From contig NZ_JBELIE010000004.1 in assembly GCF_042091075.1 (NCBI RefSeq), positions 1-48,065 of the forward strand: a stretch of 48,065 nt of DNA, read 5' to 3'. Shown here piece by piece: positions 35,522 to 46,095 of this stretch (position 1 is the first letter of the stretch; each line of letters opens with the position of its first letter). This stretch comes from Sphingomonas sp. Its GTDB lineage: Bacteria > Pseudomonadota > Alphaproteobacteria > Sphingomonadales > Sphingomonadaceae. Below the pieces are notes generated by a model. That model made no database searches. It saw only the letters and a program-made list of their open reading frames with translations, and was not told the origin of the DNA. The position numbers and the translations under genes were made by a program.

Positions 35522-36430
35522 ATGCGGATCATTTTCATGGGCACGCCCGATTTCGCTGTTCCCACGCTCGAGGCGCTGGTCGCGGCCGGGCACGAGGTGG
35601 TGGCGGCCTTTACCCAACCGGCGCGGCCGGGCGGACGGCGTGGCCGCGATCTGGTGGCCACGCCCGTCCATCGCCGTGCCGAGGCGTTCGGCATCCCCGT
35701 CCATACCCCGGTGTCGTTTCGCGCGGACGAGGCACGAAGCGATTTCGCCGCGCTGGAGGCGGACGTGGCGGTGGTCGCGGCCTATGGCCTGATCCTGCCG
35801 CAGACGATTCTGGATGCGCCGCGGCACGGCTGCCTGAACGTCCACGGCTCGCTGCTGCCGCGCTGGCGCGGGGCGGCACCGATCCAGCGCGCCATCCTCG
35901 CCGGCGATGCCGACACCGGGGTGGGCATCATGCAGATGGAACGCGGGCTCGATACCGGGCCGGTACGCCGCGAGGAGCGTATTCCGATCGCCCACAAGAC
36001 GGCGGGCGAACTGACGAGCGAACTGGCCGAGTTGGGGGCGCAAGCGATGGTGCGGGTGCTGGCCGATCTGAGCGCACATCCGGCGGTGCCGCAGCCGGAG
36101 GACGGCGTCACCTATGCCGCGAAGATCGACAAGGCGGAGGCGCGGCTCGATTTCCGGCACGATGCCGCTCAGCTGGAACGCGCGATCCGTGCCTTCAATC
36201 CGGCACCCGGAGCATGGATCGAGATCGGCGGCGAGCGCTGCCGCATCCTCGCCGCCGAGGTGGTGGAGGGTGGCGGTGCCCCCGGCACGGTGATCGACAC
36301 CCACCTGACGATCGCCTGCGGCGACGCCGCGGCGATCCGCCCGACGCTGGTACAACGCGCCGGTCGGGGGGTGGTGACCACCGACGAATTGCTGCGCGGC
36401 ATGCCGGTGGCGCCGGGCACGCGCCTGTGA
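35522..36430 (+). CDS. fmt: Methionyl-tRNA formyltransferase
   Basis: [56 protein letters not shown]. Confidence 0.97.
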   Translation: MRIIFMGTPDFAVPTLEALVAAGHEVVAAFTQPARPGGRRGRDLVATPVHRRAEAFGIPVHTPVSFRADEARSDFAALEADVAVVAAYGLILPQTILDAPRHGCLNVHGSLLPRWRGAAPIQRAILAGDADTGVGIMQMERGLDTGPVRREERIPIAHKTAGELTSELAELGAQAMVRVLADLSAHPAVPQPEDGVTYAAKIDKAEARLDFRHDAAQLERAIRAFNPAPGAWIEIGGERCRILAAEVVEGGGAPGTVIDTHLTIACGDAAAIRPTLVQRAGRGVVTTDELLRGMPVAPGTRL

Positions 36431-37164
36431 CGCGCTTCGCGCTGACGGTGGAATTCGACGGCCGCCCCTTCATGGGCTGGCAGCGGCAGTCGCATGGCCC
36501 CAGCGTACAGCAGGCAATCGAAGAAGCCGCCGCATCGATCGTGCAGGAGGAGGTTTCGTGCCAAGCCGCGGGGCGAACCGACGCGGGGGTGCATGCGCTG
36601 GCGATGCGCGCGCATCTCGACATCGCGCGCCCGATCGCGCCCTTCCGCCTGATGGAGGCGCTCAACGCCCGTCTGCGCCCCGCCCCGGTGGCGATCCTGG
36701 CGTGCGAGGTGGTGGCGGATGACTGGCATGCGCGCTTTTCGTGCCTTGGCCGGGCGTATGAATATCGCATCGTCAACCGCCGGGCACCGCTCACCCTGGC
36801 GAGGGGGCTGGCGTGGCAGGTGCCGCAGCCGCTGGATGCGGACGCGATGCACGCAGCGGCGCAGTTGCTCGTCGGACGGCATGATTTCACCACCTTCCGC
36901 TCGGTCCACTGCCAATCGGCCAGCCCGGTGAAGACGCTGGATCGTCTCGATGTGCAGCGCGACGGGGACCGGGTGATCGTCTCCACCGCGGCGCGCTCGT
37001 TCCTGCATCATCAGGTGCGGTCGATGGTGGGATGCCTCGCGATGGTCGGGCTCGGTCGCTGGACAAGCGACGATCTGGCGGACGCCTTGCACGCGGCGGA
37101 TCGCCAGCGGCTGGCGCTCAACGCGCCGCCCGACGGGCTCTACTTCACCGACGCTCGATATTGA
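36427..37164 (+). CDS. truA: tRNA pseudouridine(38-40) synthase
   Basis: [59 protein letters not shown] overlap with fmt. Confidence 0.96.
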   Translation: MTRFALTVEFDGRPFMGWQRQSHGPSVQQAIEEAAASIVQEEVSCQAAGRTDAGVHALAMRAHLDIARPIAPFRLMEALNARLRPAPVAILACEVVADDWHARFSCLGRAYEYRIVNRRAPLTLARGLAWQVPQPLDADAMHAAAQLLVGRHDFTTFRSVHCQSASPVKTLDRLDVQRDGDRVIVSTAARSFLHHQVRSMVGCLAMVGLGRWTSDDLADALHAADRQRLALNAPPDGLYFTDARY

Positions 37165-37183
37165 CGGCGGCGCGCCGTTCAGC

Positions 37184-37227
37184 GGCCCGCGACACTTCTC
37201 CCCTGGACGGGAGGACATTCGCGGTCC
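37184..37227. terminator. Hairpin between convergent truA and the RlmD-like gene
   Basis: Outer stem ggcccgcga/tcgcggtcc and inner stem ttctccc/gggagga. No clear U-tract. Confidence 0.35.
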
Positions 37228-37245
37228 GTGTGCCCGCGCGCCGGC

Positions 37246-38415
37246 CTATCGCACGAACCGCCCGGCCAGCTCGACATGCGTCGACCAGCGGAATTGCCCG
37301 ACCGGCTGAACCCAATCGAGCCGATAGCCACCCTCGCACAACATCTTCGCATCCCGTGCGAAGCTGCTGGGATTGCAGGATACATAAGCGATCACCGGCG
37401 TGCGTGACGCGGCCAGCTGCGCCGCTTGCTCCCGCGCGCCCGCGCGTGGTGGATCGAGGACGATCGCCGCGAACCGATCCAGTTCGGCGGTGGTCAGCGG
37501 GCGCCGGTACAGATCGCGATGCTCGGTGAAGACGAGGCGTTGCGCCCGCCCCGCCGCCGCCTTCAGCGCGAAAATCGCGTCGCGTGCGCCCTCGGCGGCA
37601 TAGACTCGCGACGACAGCGACAGGGCGAACGTGCCCAGCCCGGCGAACAGATCGGCCACGGTCGGCGCCTCGCCGACCGCTTCACGCACCGCCGCCACTA
37701 GTGCGGCCTCCCCCTCGCGGGTGGCTTGCAGGAACGAGGCAGGCGGCAACGGCACCGCGACACCGCCCAGCGTGATGGTCAGTGCGTCGGGCTCCCATTG
37801 CGTCTCCGCGCCCATGCCGGCATCGAATGCGATCCGCGCGAGGCGGTGCTCCTGAGCGAAAGCGGTCAGCGCCTCATGCGCGGCCAGCCCCTCCGGCGCG
37901 GCCCCGGTGATCAGCAGATCGACCCCCTGGTCCGCCAGCGTCATCGCCACGTCCAGCCGCCGCTTGGCACGCAGCCCCAGCAACAGGCGCTTCAGCGGCC
38001 GTATCAGCGCAAACAATTCGGGGGCGAGAACATGGCATTCCTGCACATCGATCAGCTGATGGCTTTTCTCCACCGCGAAGCCGAGCCGCCCGGAGGGATC
38101 GAAATGCAGCGTCGCGCGGCGCCGCGTGCGTGGTGGTGACAGCGCCGGGGGGCGGATCGTGCTCGCCAGACCCTGCGCCTCCAGCCCGGAACGGATGCGC
38201 TCGACGATGAAATCCGCCCAGCTCGGATCGTCGAGATGCTGCAACTGGCAGCCGCCACAGGCCGGGAAGTGGCGGCACGGCGGGGTGCGGTGATGCGGGC
38301 CCGGCGTGATCGTGCCATCGTCCGCGACGCGATCCCCCGGCGCGGACAGCGCGATATGGCGTTCATCCGCGGTGACGCCGTCACCTCGCGCGGCAAGGCG
38401 GATCACCTCGCTCAT
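37246..38415 (-). CDS. 23S rRNA m5U methyltransferase, RlmD/TrmA family
   Basis: CRHFPACGGCQLQH Fe-S motif, SFLQAT, DLFAGLGTF, LDPPRAG, YVSCNP, QFRWSTHVE. Start MSEVIRL at 38415. Confidence 0.9.
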   Translation of the reverse strand: MSEVIRLAARGDGVTADERHIALSAPGDRVADDGTITPGPHHRTPPCRHFPACGGCQLQHLDDPSWADFIVERIRSGLEAQGLASTIRPPALSPPRTRRRATLHFDPSGRLGFAVEKSHQLIDVQECHVLAPELFALIRPLKRLLLGLRAKRRLDVAMTLADQGVDLLITGAAPEGLAAHEALTAFAQEHRLARIAFDAGMGAETQWEPDALTITLGGVAVPLPPASFLQATREGEAALVAAVREAVGEAPTVADLFAGLGTFALSLSSRVYAAEGARDAIFALKAAAGRAQRLVFTEHRDLYRRPLTTAELDRFAAIVLDPPRAGAREQAAQLAASRTPVIAYVSCNPSSFARDAKMLCEGGYRLDWVQPVGQFRWSTHVELAGRFVR

Positions 38416-39785
38416 GCCCGCACCGCCGCCAGCGCCCGCGCGAGATCGTCCGCGATGAACGGCCCGCGCAGATATTGCGCCGCCGCCGCGTGCAACCATA
38501 CGCCCGCCGCGGCCGCGTCGATCGCATCACGGCCGCCCGCCAGCATCGCGGCGATCGCGCCAGCCAGCACATCACCGGAACCAGCGGTCGACAACCAGCT
38601 GCTCGCCGCCATCGCGCAGATGATCCGACCGTCAGGCGCGGCTATCACCGTATCGGGCCCCTTGTGGACGACGACGGCGCCGCTGCGCCGCGCCGCCGCC
38701 CGGGTGGCGGCCAGCTTCGATCCTTCGACCGCGCCGAACATCGCGGCGAACTCCCCGGCGTGCGGGGTTAGGATCGTCATCGCGCGCCGCGCCGCGATCG
38801 TCTCCGCGCTGACCAGATGCAATGCATCGCCATCCACCACCAGCGGCCAATCGGTCGCCAGCGTGGCGGCCAGCACCTCGCGTATCGCATCATCACGCCC
38901 AAGGCCCGGCCCGACCACCAGCGCGCCGATCCTCGAATCCGACAGCGCCGCCGGATCGAAGCGCCGCCGGACCAGCGCATGCGGCGCTTCAGGAATCGTC
39001 GCGCCGAGCAGCGCGACATAGCCCGCCCCTGCATGCATCGCGGCTTCCGCCGCCAGCTGCGCGGCACCCGTCATCCGTCCGCGCACCACCGCCACCATCC
39101 CGCGCGAGAATTTGTGCGCATCGACGGCGGGCGGCGACAGCTGCGGGGCCGACAGGATCGAGACATCCGACCCGACATCGATCGCCAGCGGCAACAATCG
39201 CACCTCCCCGGCATAAGCAGCGGCGGGTTGCAGGACGTGCGCGGGCTTGGCCGCGCCCAGCGCCAGCGTCACGTCGAAGCGGGGCAGATCGCCCGGCACC
39301 GTGCCGTCGTCCGTTCCGACACCACTCGGCACGTCGACCGCGATCGACAGCATCGCCGCCGCCACGAGGCGACGCAGCGCGGCAAGATGCTCATCTGCCA
39401 GCGGACGCGACAGGCCGATGCCGAACAGCGCGTCGACCACCACCGGCGCGGGCCGTGCGTCCGCCAGCGGTTCGATCGGCCCGGCCCAGCCCGCTCGCGC
39501 TTCCAACGCCTGCTCGCTGTCGGGATCCGCCAAAGCCGCGACGCGCACCTTCTTGCCCATCGCCGCCAGCCGAGCGGCCGCGACATAGCCAACACCACCG
39601 TTGTTGCCCGGCCCGCACAACACCAGGATCTCATTCGCACCCGCGAGCCGCCCCACCGCGACCGCGACCGCCGCGCCGGCCTGCCGCATCAGCGCCATCG
39701 GGCGCGTGCCAGCAGCAAAGGCGGTTTCCTCCGCCGCGCGCATCTGCGCGACGGTCAACACAGGCGTGCCGTCGAGCGCGATCAT
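38412..39785 (-). CDS. nnr: Bifunctional NAD(P)H-hydrate repair enzyme (YjeF-N epimerase plus dehydratase)
   Basis: LTVAQMRAAE, CGPGNNGG(V)G, VDALFGIG, AVDVPSG, HKFSRG, GPGLG, LTPHAGEF, AGSGDVLAG. Confidence 0.9.
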   Translation of the reverse strand: MIALDGTPVLTVAQMRAAEETAFAAGTRPMALMRQAGAAVAVAVGRLAGANEILVLCGPGNNGGVGYVAAARLAAMGKKVRVAALADPDSEQALEARAGWAGPIEPLADARPAPVVVDALFGIGLSRPLADEHLAALRRLVAAAMLSIAVDVPSGVGTDDGTVPGDLPRFDVTLALGAAKPAHVLQPAAAYAGEVRLLPLAIDVGSDVSILSAPQLSPPAVDAHKFSRGMVAVVRGRMTGAAQLAAEAAMHAGAGYVALLGATIPEAPHALVRRRFDPAALSDSRIGALVVGPGLGRDDAIREVLAATLATDWPLVVDGDALHLVSAETIAARRAMTILTPHAGEFAAMFGAVEGSKLAATRAAARRSGAVVVHKGPDTVIAAPDGRIICAMAASSWLSTAGSGDVLAGAIAAMLAGGRDAIDAAAAGVWLHAAAAQYLRGPFIADDLARALAAVRA

Positions 39786-40180
39786 GCCCCGGTCGCCCCG
39801 CGTATCGTGGCGGGCAGGCGATAGATGTCGCTACCCACCGCCACCTCGATTTCGTTGGCGTCGACGATCGCCACCGTCGCCGACTGCGCACCATCGGCAG
39901 CGACCACCCCGCGGCCATCGCGGGTGACCAGCAAGCGGCGGAAGCCGCCGTCGGGATGGTGGATCGTCAGGATCAGCCCCTCAGGCCCCTGTTCGCGATC
40001 GACGGTGCAGACCCGACGGAACGCCGCCGCCCCGGCGAGCGCGCACTTGACGCGCCCATCCTCGACGGCGGCATCGTCCTGCGCCGCCTCCACCTTCGCC
40101 AGCACCTTGGTATCGGTACGCGGTTCCTGACACGCGCCGAGCGCGAGCAGCAGCAGAAGGTTAGATATCCGCGTAGACAT
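39782..40180 (-). CDS. Hypothetical lipoprotein
   Basis: [17 protein letters not shown] lipobox and mature domain CALAG...[11 protein letters not shown]...AADGA. Overlaps the ilvD end by 20 nt and is ATGA-coupled to nnr. Confidence 0.7.
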   Translation of the reverse strand: MSTRISNLLLLLALGACQEPRTDTKVLAKVEAAQDDAAVEDGRVKCALAGAAAFRRVCTVDREQGPEGLILTIHHPDGGFRRLLVTRDGRGVVAADGAQSATVAIVDANEIEVAVGSDIYRLPATIRGATGA

Positions 40181-41882
40181 GCCGCTCCGCTGATGCGCCA
40201 GGATGGGTGACCGCCCCCTGATAGGCCGGTCCGACATTCTGCGCATAGCGCCACAAGGCGCCTGATCCATAATTGTTTTGTCGCGCCTGCCAGCGCGCGC
40301 GACGCGCGGCCAGCACCGCCTCGTCAACCAACAGATCGATCGTGCCGGCCTCCGCGTCGATGCGGATCGTATCGCCGTCCTCGACCAGCGCGATCGGCCC
40401 GCCATCGGCCGCCTCCGGGCCGACATGGCCGATGCAGAAACCGCGCGTCGCGCCCGAGAAGCGCCCGTCGGTCAGCAGCGCGACCTTTTCGCCCATGCCA
40501 AGGCCATAGAGCGCGGCGGTGGTGGACAGCATCTCGCGCATGCCGGGGCCACCCTTCGGCCCTTCATAGCGGATCACGATCACCTCGCCTTCGCGGATCT
40601 GGCGTGCCTCCACCGCCGCGAACGTATCCTCCTCGCAATCAAAGCATCGCGCCGGCCCTTCGAATTGCAGGCGATGCATGCCGGCGACCTTGACGATCGC
40701 CCCATCGGGCGCCAGCGACCCGCGCAGGCCGACCACCCCGCCCGTCGACGTGATCGGCGTCTTCGCGTCGTAGATCACCTTCTGATCGGGGTTCCAGGTG
40801 ACCTGCTCGATGTTCTCGCCGAGCGTCTTGCCGGTCACCGTCAGGCAATTGCCGTGCAGGAAGCCCTCGGTCAGCAGCGTCTTCATCAGCATGTACGTGC
40901 CCCCCGCCTCGTACATGTCCTTCGCGACATATCGACCGCCCGGCTGAAGATCGGCGCAATACGGCGTCGACTTGAAGATGTCGGCGACATCGAAGAGATC
41001 AAACGCGATCCCCGCCTCGTTCGCCATGGCCGGCAGGTGCAGCGCGCCATTGGTCGAGCCGCCCGTCGCCGCGACGATTCGGGCAGCATTCTCGAACGCC
41101 TCGCGCGTGCAGATATCGCGCGGGCGGATGTTCTTCGCCAGCAATTCCATCACCTGCGCACCGGCCGCGACCGCGATCTGCTCGCGCGTCGTATAGGGCG
41201 CCGGCACCATATTGCTGTTCGGCAGGCTGAGGCCGATCGCCTCCCCGACGCAGGCCATGGTATTGGCGGTATATTGCCCGCCGCACGCACCATGACCGGG
41301 GCAGGCGACACGCTCCAGCGCATGCACCTCATCGATCGGACAGGTGCCGGCGGCGTAGCGCCCGACCACCTCGAACACATCCTTGACGGTCACGTCCCGC
41401 CCCTCGAACCGCCCCGGCAGGATCGACCCGCCATAGACGAAGATCGACGGGATGTTCAGGCGCAGCATCGCCATCATCATGCCGGGCAGCGACTTGTCGC
41501 AGCCGGCGAAGCCGACCAGCGCGTCGTAGCAATGCCCCCGCACGCTCAGCTCGACCGAATCCGCGATCACCTCGCGGCTGACGAGGCTGGCCTTCATGCC
41601 CTGATGCCCCATCGCGATCCCGTCGGTGACGGTGATCGTGTTGAAGCGCCGCGGCATGCCGCCGCCCTGCTCCACCCCCCGCCGCGCGGCATCGGCCTGT
41701 GCGTCGAGCGTCGTGTTGCACGGTGCGCTGTCATTGCCCGCCGAGGCGAGCGCGACGAAGGGCCGCGCAATCTCTTCCTCGGTCAGCCCCATCGCATAAT
41801 AATAGCTGCGATGCGGGGCGCGCTCGGGGCCCACCGACACGTGACGGCTCGGCAGGCGGTTCTTGTCGAAGGTCTGGGTCAT
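40161..41882 (-). CDS. ilvD: Dihydroxy-acid dehydratase
   Basis: [66 protein letters not shown]. Confidence 0.96.
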   Translation of the reverse strand: MTQTFDKNRLPSRHVSVGPERAPHRSYYYAMGLTEEEIARPFVALASAGNDSAPCNTTLDAQADAARRGVEQGGGMPRRFNTITVTDGIAMGHQGMKASLVSREVIADSVELSVRGHCYDALVGFAGCDKSLPGMMMAMLRLNIPSIFVYGGSILPGRFEGRDVTVKDVFEVVGRYAAGTCPIDEVHALERVACPGHGACGGQYTANTMACVGEAIGLSLPNSNMVPAPYTTREQIAVAAGAQVMELLAKNIRPRDICTREAFENAARIVAATGGSTNGALHLPAMANEAGIAFDLFDVADIFKSTPYCADLQPGGRYVAKDMYEAGGTYMLMKTLLTEGFLHGNCLTVTGKTLGENIEQVTWNPDQKVIYDAKTPITSTGGVVGLRGSLAPDGAIVKVAGMHRLQFEGPARCFDCEEDTFAAVEARQIREGEVIVIRYEGPKGGPGMREMLSTTAALYGLGMGEKVALLTDGRFSGATRGFCIGHVGPEAADGGPIALVEDGDTIRIDAEAGTIDLLVDEAVLAARRARWQARQNNYGSGALWRYAQNVGPAYQGAVTHPGASAERHVYADI

Positions 41883-42002
41883 AACGCGCACGCCTATGTC
41901 GCGAAGAGGCGGGGTGGCGCAAGGATATTAGCGATCAGTGGACGAACAAACGCCACTTCGCTCCGCCGCCGCGTAGGGACGGCCGAGCGGATGGCACCCA
42001 CT

Positions 42003-42350
42003 TCACGTCAGGTCGGCCAGCGCCTTTTCCACTCCGTCCATCGTGAACGGCTTGCTCAGGCGCGGACGATCGCGATACTCGGCGGCGATCTCGTCCCCCC
42101 CTCCGCCGGTGGCGAAGACGAACGGGATTCCCTTCGCCGCCAGCGCGTCGGCGACGGCGAAACTCTTCTCACCGGCGCGAAGGTTGACGTCGAGGATCGC
42201 CGCGTCGATCCCGCCCGCCGCGATCATCGGCAGCGCGGCGGCGACGCTGTCGGCCGTGCCGGCGTGCCGTTTGTCGAGCGCGTCGAGGAAATCCTCCAGC
42301 ATCATCGCGATCAGGGGCTCGTCCTCGACGAGAAGCACACGCATCGTCAT
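42003..42350 (-). CDS. sdrG: Single-domain response regulator of the PFxFATG[G/Y] class, SdrG-like (general stress response)
   Basis: LLVEDEPLIAMMLEDFL, AAILDVNL.AGEKS, IPFVFATGG, LSKPFTMDGV. Closely resembles Sphingomonas SdrG as I recall it. Confidence 0.8.
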   Translation of the reverse strand: MTMRVLLVEDEPLIAMMLEDFLDALDKRHAGTADSVAAALPMIAAGGIDAAILDVNLRAGEKSFAVADALAAKGIPFVFATGGGGDEIAAEYRDRPRLSKPFTMDGVEKALADLT

Positions 42351-42356
42351 CCGTCC

Positions 42357-42384
42357 GCCATAGCGTGCAATACGGTGCGCGCAA
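42357..42384 (-). promoter_or_regulatory. Putative sdrG promoter, leaderless geometry
   Basis: TTGCGC-N16-TATGGC-N6-ATG in the 38-bp cckA-sdrG gap. Confidence 0.45.
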
Positions 42385-42388
42385 ATGA

Positions 42389-44815
42389 TCAGGATCGTAC
42401 CGAAGCGGCCTCATGCGCTTGTGCCGCCAGCACGTCCCGCGTCGCCTCCGCCAGTTGCTGGACCGAGAAGGGTTTGGGCAGGAAGGCAACATTGTCGAGA
42501 TCGATCGACTTGCGCAGTTGCTCCTCGGCATAGCCCGACATGAACAGGATCGGGATATCCGGATGCACGCGACGCACCTGCCGCGCGAGCGACGGGCCGT
42601 CCATCACCGGCATCATCACGTCGGAGATCACCAGCGTCGGGCGCTCCACCCCGGCCAGCAGGTCGAGCGCGACCTCGCCATTCTCCGCCGCAAGGACGGT
42701 ATAGCCCTGTCGCGTCAGGGCGCGCTCCGCCACCGCCCGGACCATATCCTCGTCCTCCACCAGCAGGATCGTCCCGGTGCCCCACAGGTCGCTGCCGCGC
42801 TGGCGCGGTGCCGGGCGGGCGGCGGCCGGCATCACATCGGCGGCGCCCGCTGTATGGACCGGCAGATAGATGGTGAACGTGGCGCCCTGCCCCGGCTTGG
42901 AGTCGGCAAAGATATAGCCGCCCGACTGTTTGACGATGCCATAGACGGTCGACAGGCCCAGCCCGGTGCCCTTGCCGACTTCCTTGGTGGTAAAGAACGG
43001 CTCGAAGATCTTGGGCAGCACGTCGGGCGGGATGCCGGTGCCCGTGTCGGTGATCTCCAGCGCGGTGTAATCGCCCGGCGGCATGATGTCGCTGCCGCGC
43101 CGGCGCAGTTCCGCGATCGGGACGCTGCGGGTCTGGATGATCAGCTTGCCGCCGCCCGCGCTGGTGCCATTGCCCTTCGCCAGCATCGCATCGCGCGCAT
43201 TCACCGCGAGATTGACGACGACCTGCTCCAACTGGCCCGGATCGGCGCGTACCGGCCCCAGATCGCGGCCATGCTTCACCTCCAGCGTCACCGTCTCACC
43301 CATCAGTCGGCGCAGCAGGTTCGACACCTCCGAGACGATATCGGGCAGTTGCAGCACCTGCGGGCGCAACGTCTGCTGCCGCGAGAAGGCGAGCAACTGC
43401 CGGGTCAGGCTGGCGGCACGGTTCGAATTGGCGCGGATCTGCTGAATATCGTCATAGTCGCTGTCGCCCGGCGAGTGGCGCATCAGCATCAGGTCGCAAT
43501 GGCCGATGATCGCCGTCAGGATATTGTTGAAATCATGCGCGACGCCGCCCGCCAACTGGCCGACCGCCTGCATCTTGGTCGCCTGTGCCACCTCGCGCTT
43601 CAGCCGGTTCTCCTCGTTATTGTCCTTCAGGCTGAGCAATACCGCCGCATCGCCCAGCCCGCGCGCGCCGGCTATGGTCAGCGCGACAGGCTCGTCCGGG
43701 TGATCCTTCAGCCGCACCGCGAGGTCGGTCGAGCGCGCGGCACCCCCGGCGAACCGCCGCACCGCATCCGCCACCGCCGCTTTGTCTTCCCGCACGACCA
43801 GGTCACCGGGATAGACCGGCGGCGAACCCAGCTCCACCCCGGCGGCGCGCGCGAAGGCCTGATTCATCTGCACGAATCGCCCTTCCCGATCGACCAGCGC
43901 GACCCCAAACGGCATCAGCATCAGCAAGCCGTCGATCTCGTTGCCGCCGCTCATTCCCGGATCGGTATCGACCATCGCGATCAGGATCGGCGAATCGAGT
44001 TCGTCGCCCAGCGGGATCTGCAACAGCCGCATCGGATTGGCGCCATTGCCTTCCGCGACGAAACGGACCGTGCCGCCCTGATCCTCGACCAGGAAACGCG
44101 CCAGATCCTCGCCCGCCAGCATCCCGTCGGTCATCCCGGTGGCGCGTGTGCGCAACACCGCGTTCGCCGCCAGCACATGCCCGTCATTGGTCACCAGCGC
44201 GGCCATCACCCCCGCCGCGCCAAGCTGAACACCGAGCGTGCCGTCGATCGCGTCCGCCAGCCGGGTCGGCTGCCCGCCGGGCACCGCACCGCTGGCGAAG
44301 CGCCAGATCAGGATATCCTGTTGCTGCCCGGCGCGGCTGATGATCGCCTCGATCGGCCCCGCCGCGCCGCGCAATGTCGCACGCGCCTTGCCGTCGCGCC
44401 ACGCCGACCGCCCGGCCACCGCCAACTGCCCCGCGCCGTCCCCCGCCAGCGGCAACGACGGCGGCGTCGGAAAGCCGGCGAACAATTGTTCATAGCGGTC
44501 GTTCGCGCACACCAGCCGCCCGGTACGGTCGGTCACCGCGACACCGTCGCCGCTCGCCTCCGCGGTGGCGCGGATCAACTCCCAGTCATGATCGCCTGTC
44601 GTATCGATCGCCACGGGCCGACGGATCGACAAAGCGATGATTAGCACCGCCAGCAATATGACGGTGGCTCCGGCAAACCCCGCCGCGATCGCGACGTCGG
44701 CCAGCAACCACAGGATCAGGCCGCCGGTCGCGGCCCCCGCGACGATCGCCGCCGCCCAGGCGAGCCGCCGGCCGTTGCGCAGCCCTTCGCTGCCGCGGAT
44801 CACGCTGAACGGCAT
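42389..44815 (-). CDS. cckA: Hybrid histidine kinase CckA
   Basis: Two N-terminal TMs, PAS-like domains, [56 protein letters not shown], and a receiver with MSGYAEE. Confidence 0.9.
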   Translation of the reverse strand: MPFSVIRGSEGLRNGRRLAWAAAIVAGAATGGLILWLLADVAIAAGFAGATVILLAVLIIALSIRRPVAIDTTGDHDWELIRATAEASGDGVAVTDRTGRLVCANDRYEQLFAGFPTPPSLPLAGDGAGQLAVAGRSAWRDGKARATLRGAAGPIEAIISRAGQQQDILIWRFASGAVPGGQPTRLADAIDGTLGVQLGAAGVMAALVTNDGHVLAANAVLRTRATGMTDGMLAGEDLARFLVEDQGGTVRFVAEGNGANPMRLLQIPLGDELDSPILIAMVDTDPGMSGGNEIDGLLMLMPFGVALVDREGRFVQMNQAFARAAGVELGSPPVYPGDLVVREDKAAVADAVRRFAGGAARSTDLAVRLKDHPDEPVALTIAGARGLGDAAVLLSLKDNNEENRLKREVAQATKMQAVGQLAGGVAHDFNNILTAIIGHCDLMLMRHSPGDSDYDDIQQIRANSNRAASLTRQLLAFSRQQTLRPQVLQLPDIVSEVSNLLRRLMGETVTLEVKHGRDLGPVRADPGQLEQVVVNLAVNARDAMLAKGNGTSAGGGKLIIQTRSVPIAELRRRGSDIMPPGDYTALEITDTGTGIPPDVLPKIFEPFFTTKEVGKGTGLGLSTVYGIVKQSGGYIFADSKPGQGATFTIYLPVHTAGAADVMPAAARPAPRQRGSDLWGTGTILLVEDEDMVRAVAERALTRQGYTVLAAENGEVALDLLAGVERPTLVISDVMMPVMDGPSLARQVRRVHPDIPILFMSGYAEEQLRKSIDLDNVAFLPKPFSVQQLAEATRDVLAAQAHEAASVRS

Positions 44816-44954
44816 GTCAGCCGATCGGCCGTGGGGCAGGACGGTGGGGACGCATAAAACCCATCACTTCCATAAGCCCCTCGCCCGAAAGCGAGCATCC
44901 TAGAACGCGGCGACGGGGGAGGGAACCCGTCCAACGGAACGCGCATCGTGGTCG

Positions 44955-45500
44955 TCACCGCTGGTGACGATGCCGCCACTTGCGGCCAATCCACAGCCGC
45001 CAACCCAGCGCCGCCGCGGCATAGCCCAGCGCGGAGGCCACCGCGGTCAGGATCAGCAGGCCCAGCACCAGCGGCGGTCCCGCGTCCCAGATCCACTGCA
45101 ACCACCCGGTCGCCGCCTCCGTCACCGGCTGCGCCACCGCGGGCGCGTTCGAGCGAAGCAGCCATGCCCCGATCTGATAGGCGGCGAAGAGAATGAACGG
45201 CGTCGTGAACGGATTGGTGATGAACGTCACCAGTGCGGCGACCGGCACGTTGGCGCGAAACGGCAGCGCGATCAGCGCAGCGATCGCGATCTGCGCGACC
45301 GGAAACAGGATCCCCGCGACCATCCCCAGCGCGACGCCGCGCGGCACCGAGCGGCGCGTGAAACGCCATAATTCGGGGGCGAGCACGCGATGCGCCACCG
45401 GGCGCAACAGCCGGCTGTTCTCCATCGACTCGCGGGTCGGCAGATTGCGGCGGCTCCACGCCGCGATCCGTTCCCAGCCGGTCATCGGTCGCGACGCCAT
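44955..45500 (-). CDS. DUF2062 family membrane protein
   Basis: PELWRFTRRSVPRGVALG, RANVPVAA..TFITNPFT and TM helices. ATG lies 1 nt after the smpB stop. Confidence 0.8.
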   Translation of the reverse strand: MASRPMTGWERIAAWSRRNLPTRESMENSRLLRPVAHRVLAPELWRFTRRSVPRGVALGMVAGILFPVAQIAIAALIALPFRANVPVAALVTFITNPFTTPFILFAAYQIGAWLLRSNAPAVAQPVTEAATGWLQWIWDAGPPLVLGLLILTAVASALGYAAAALGWRLWIGRKWRHRHQR

Positions 45501-45501
45501 G

Positions 45502-45984
45502 TCACCCGTGGTCGCGCAGGACGCGACCAGCCTCGCGTTTCCAGTCGCGCTCCTTGATATGCTCGCGTTTGTCGTGCGCCTTGCGCCCCTTGGCCAATGC
45601 CAGCTCAACCTTCGCGCGCCCCTGCCCGTTGAAATAGACCGTCAGCGGGACCAGCGTCATGCCCTCGCGCGCCACCGCCCCGTGCAGCTTGTTTATCTCG
45701 CGCTCGTGAAGCAGCAGTTTACGCGGACGCTTCGGTTCGTGGTTGAAGCGATTGCCGTGGCTGAATTCCGGAATGTTCGAATTGACCAGCCACACCTCGT
45801 CGCCGGACACTTCGGCATAGCTTTCCGCGATCGACCCCTCGCCGAAGCGGAGGCTCTTCACCTCGGTGCCGGTGAGCACGATGCCGGCTTCATAGGTGGT
45901 ATCGATCGCATAATCGAACCGCGCACGGCGATTTTCGGCGACGATCTTTTTCTTGTCGAAGGTGGCGGGTTTGGGACGCGGCAT
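45502..45984 (-). CDS. smpB: SsrA-binding protein
   Basis: [42 protein letters not shown]. Start MPRPKP. Confidence 0.97.
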   Translation of the reverse strand: MPRPKPATFDKKKIVAENRRARFDYAIDTTYEAGIVLTGTEVKSLRFGEGSIAESYAEVSGDEVWLVNSNIPEFSHGNRFNHEPKRPRKLLLHEREINKLHGAVAREGMTLVPLTVYFNGQGRAKVELALAKGRKAHDKREHIKERDWKREAGRVLRDHG

Positions 45985-45992
45985 ACCGATGC

Positions 45993-46021
45993 GATGTAGG
46001 CGCAGGATGAGCGCGGGGCAA
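45993..46021 (-). promoter_or_regulatory. Putative smpB promoter
   Basis: TTGCCC-N17-TACATC-N8-ATG. Confidence 0.45.
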
Positions 46022-46049
46022 AGGGGCTTTCGACACACGGTCGAGGACG

Positions 46050-46081
46050 GCGCGTCGTGGCGAATGCCTTTCACGACGCGC
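46050..46081 (-). terminator. Hairpin downstream of dapA
   Basis: Perfect 10-bp stem gcgcgtcgtg/cacgacgcgc, 14 nt after the dapA stop. No U-tract. Confidence 0.4.
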
Positions 46082-46095
46082 GGAGACGTGGCGCC

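Noticed and set aside
35509-37164. 551-aa ORF suggesting a TruA fusion
   Set aside because: The upstream part is an off-frame overlap of fmt. TruA starts at the GTG at 36427, overlapping the fmt stop.
40278-44644. 751-aa and 743-aa plus-strand ORFs
   Set aside because: Antisense shadows of ilvD, sdrG and cckA, with no recognisable domains.
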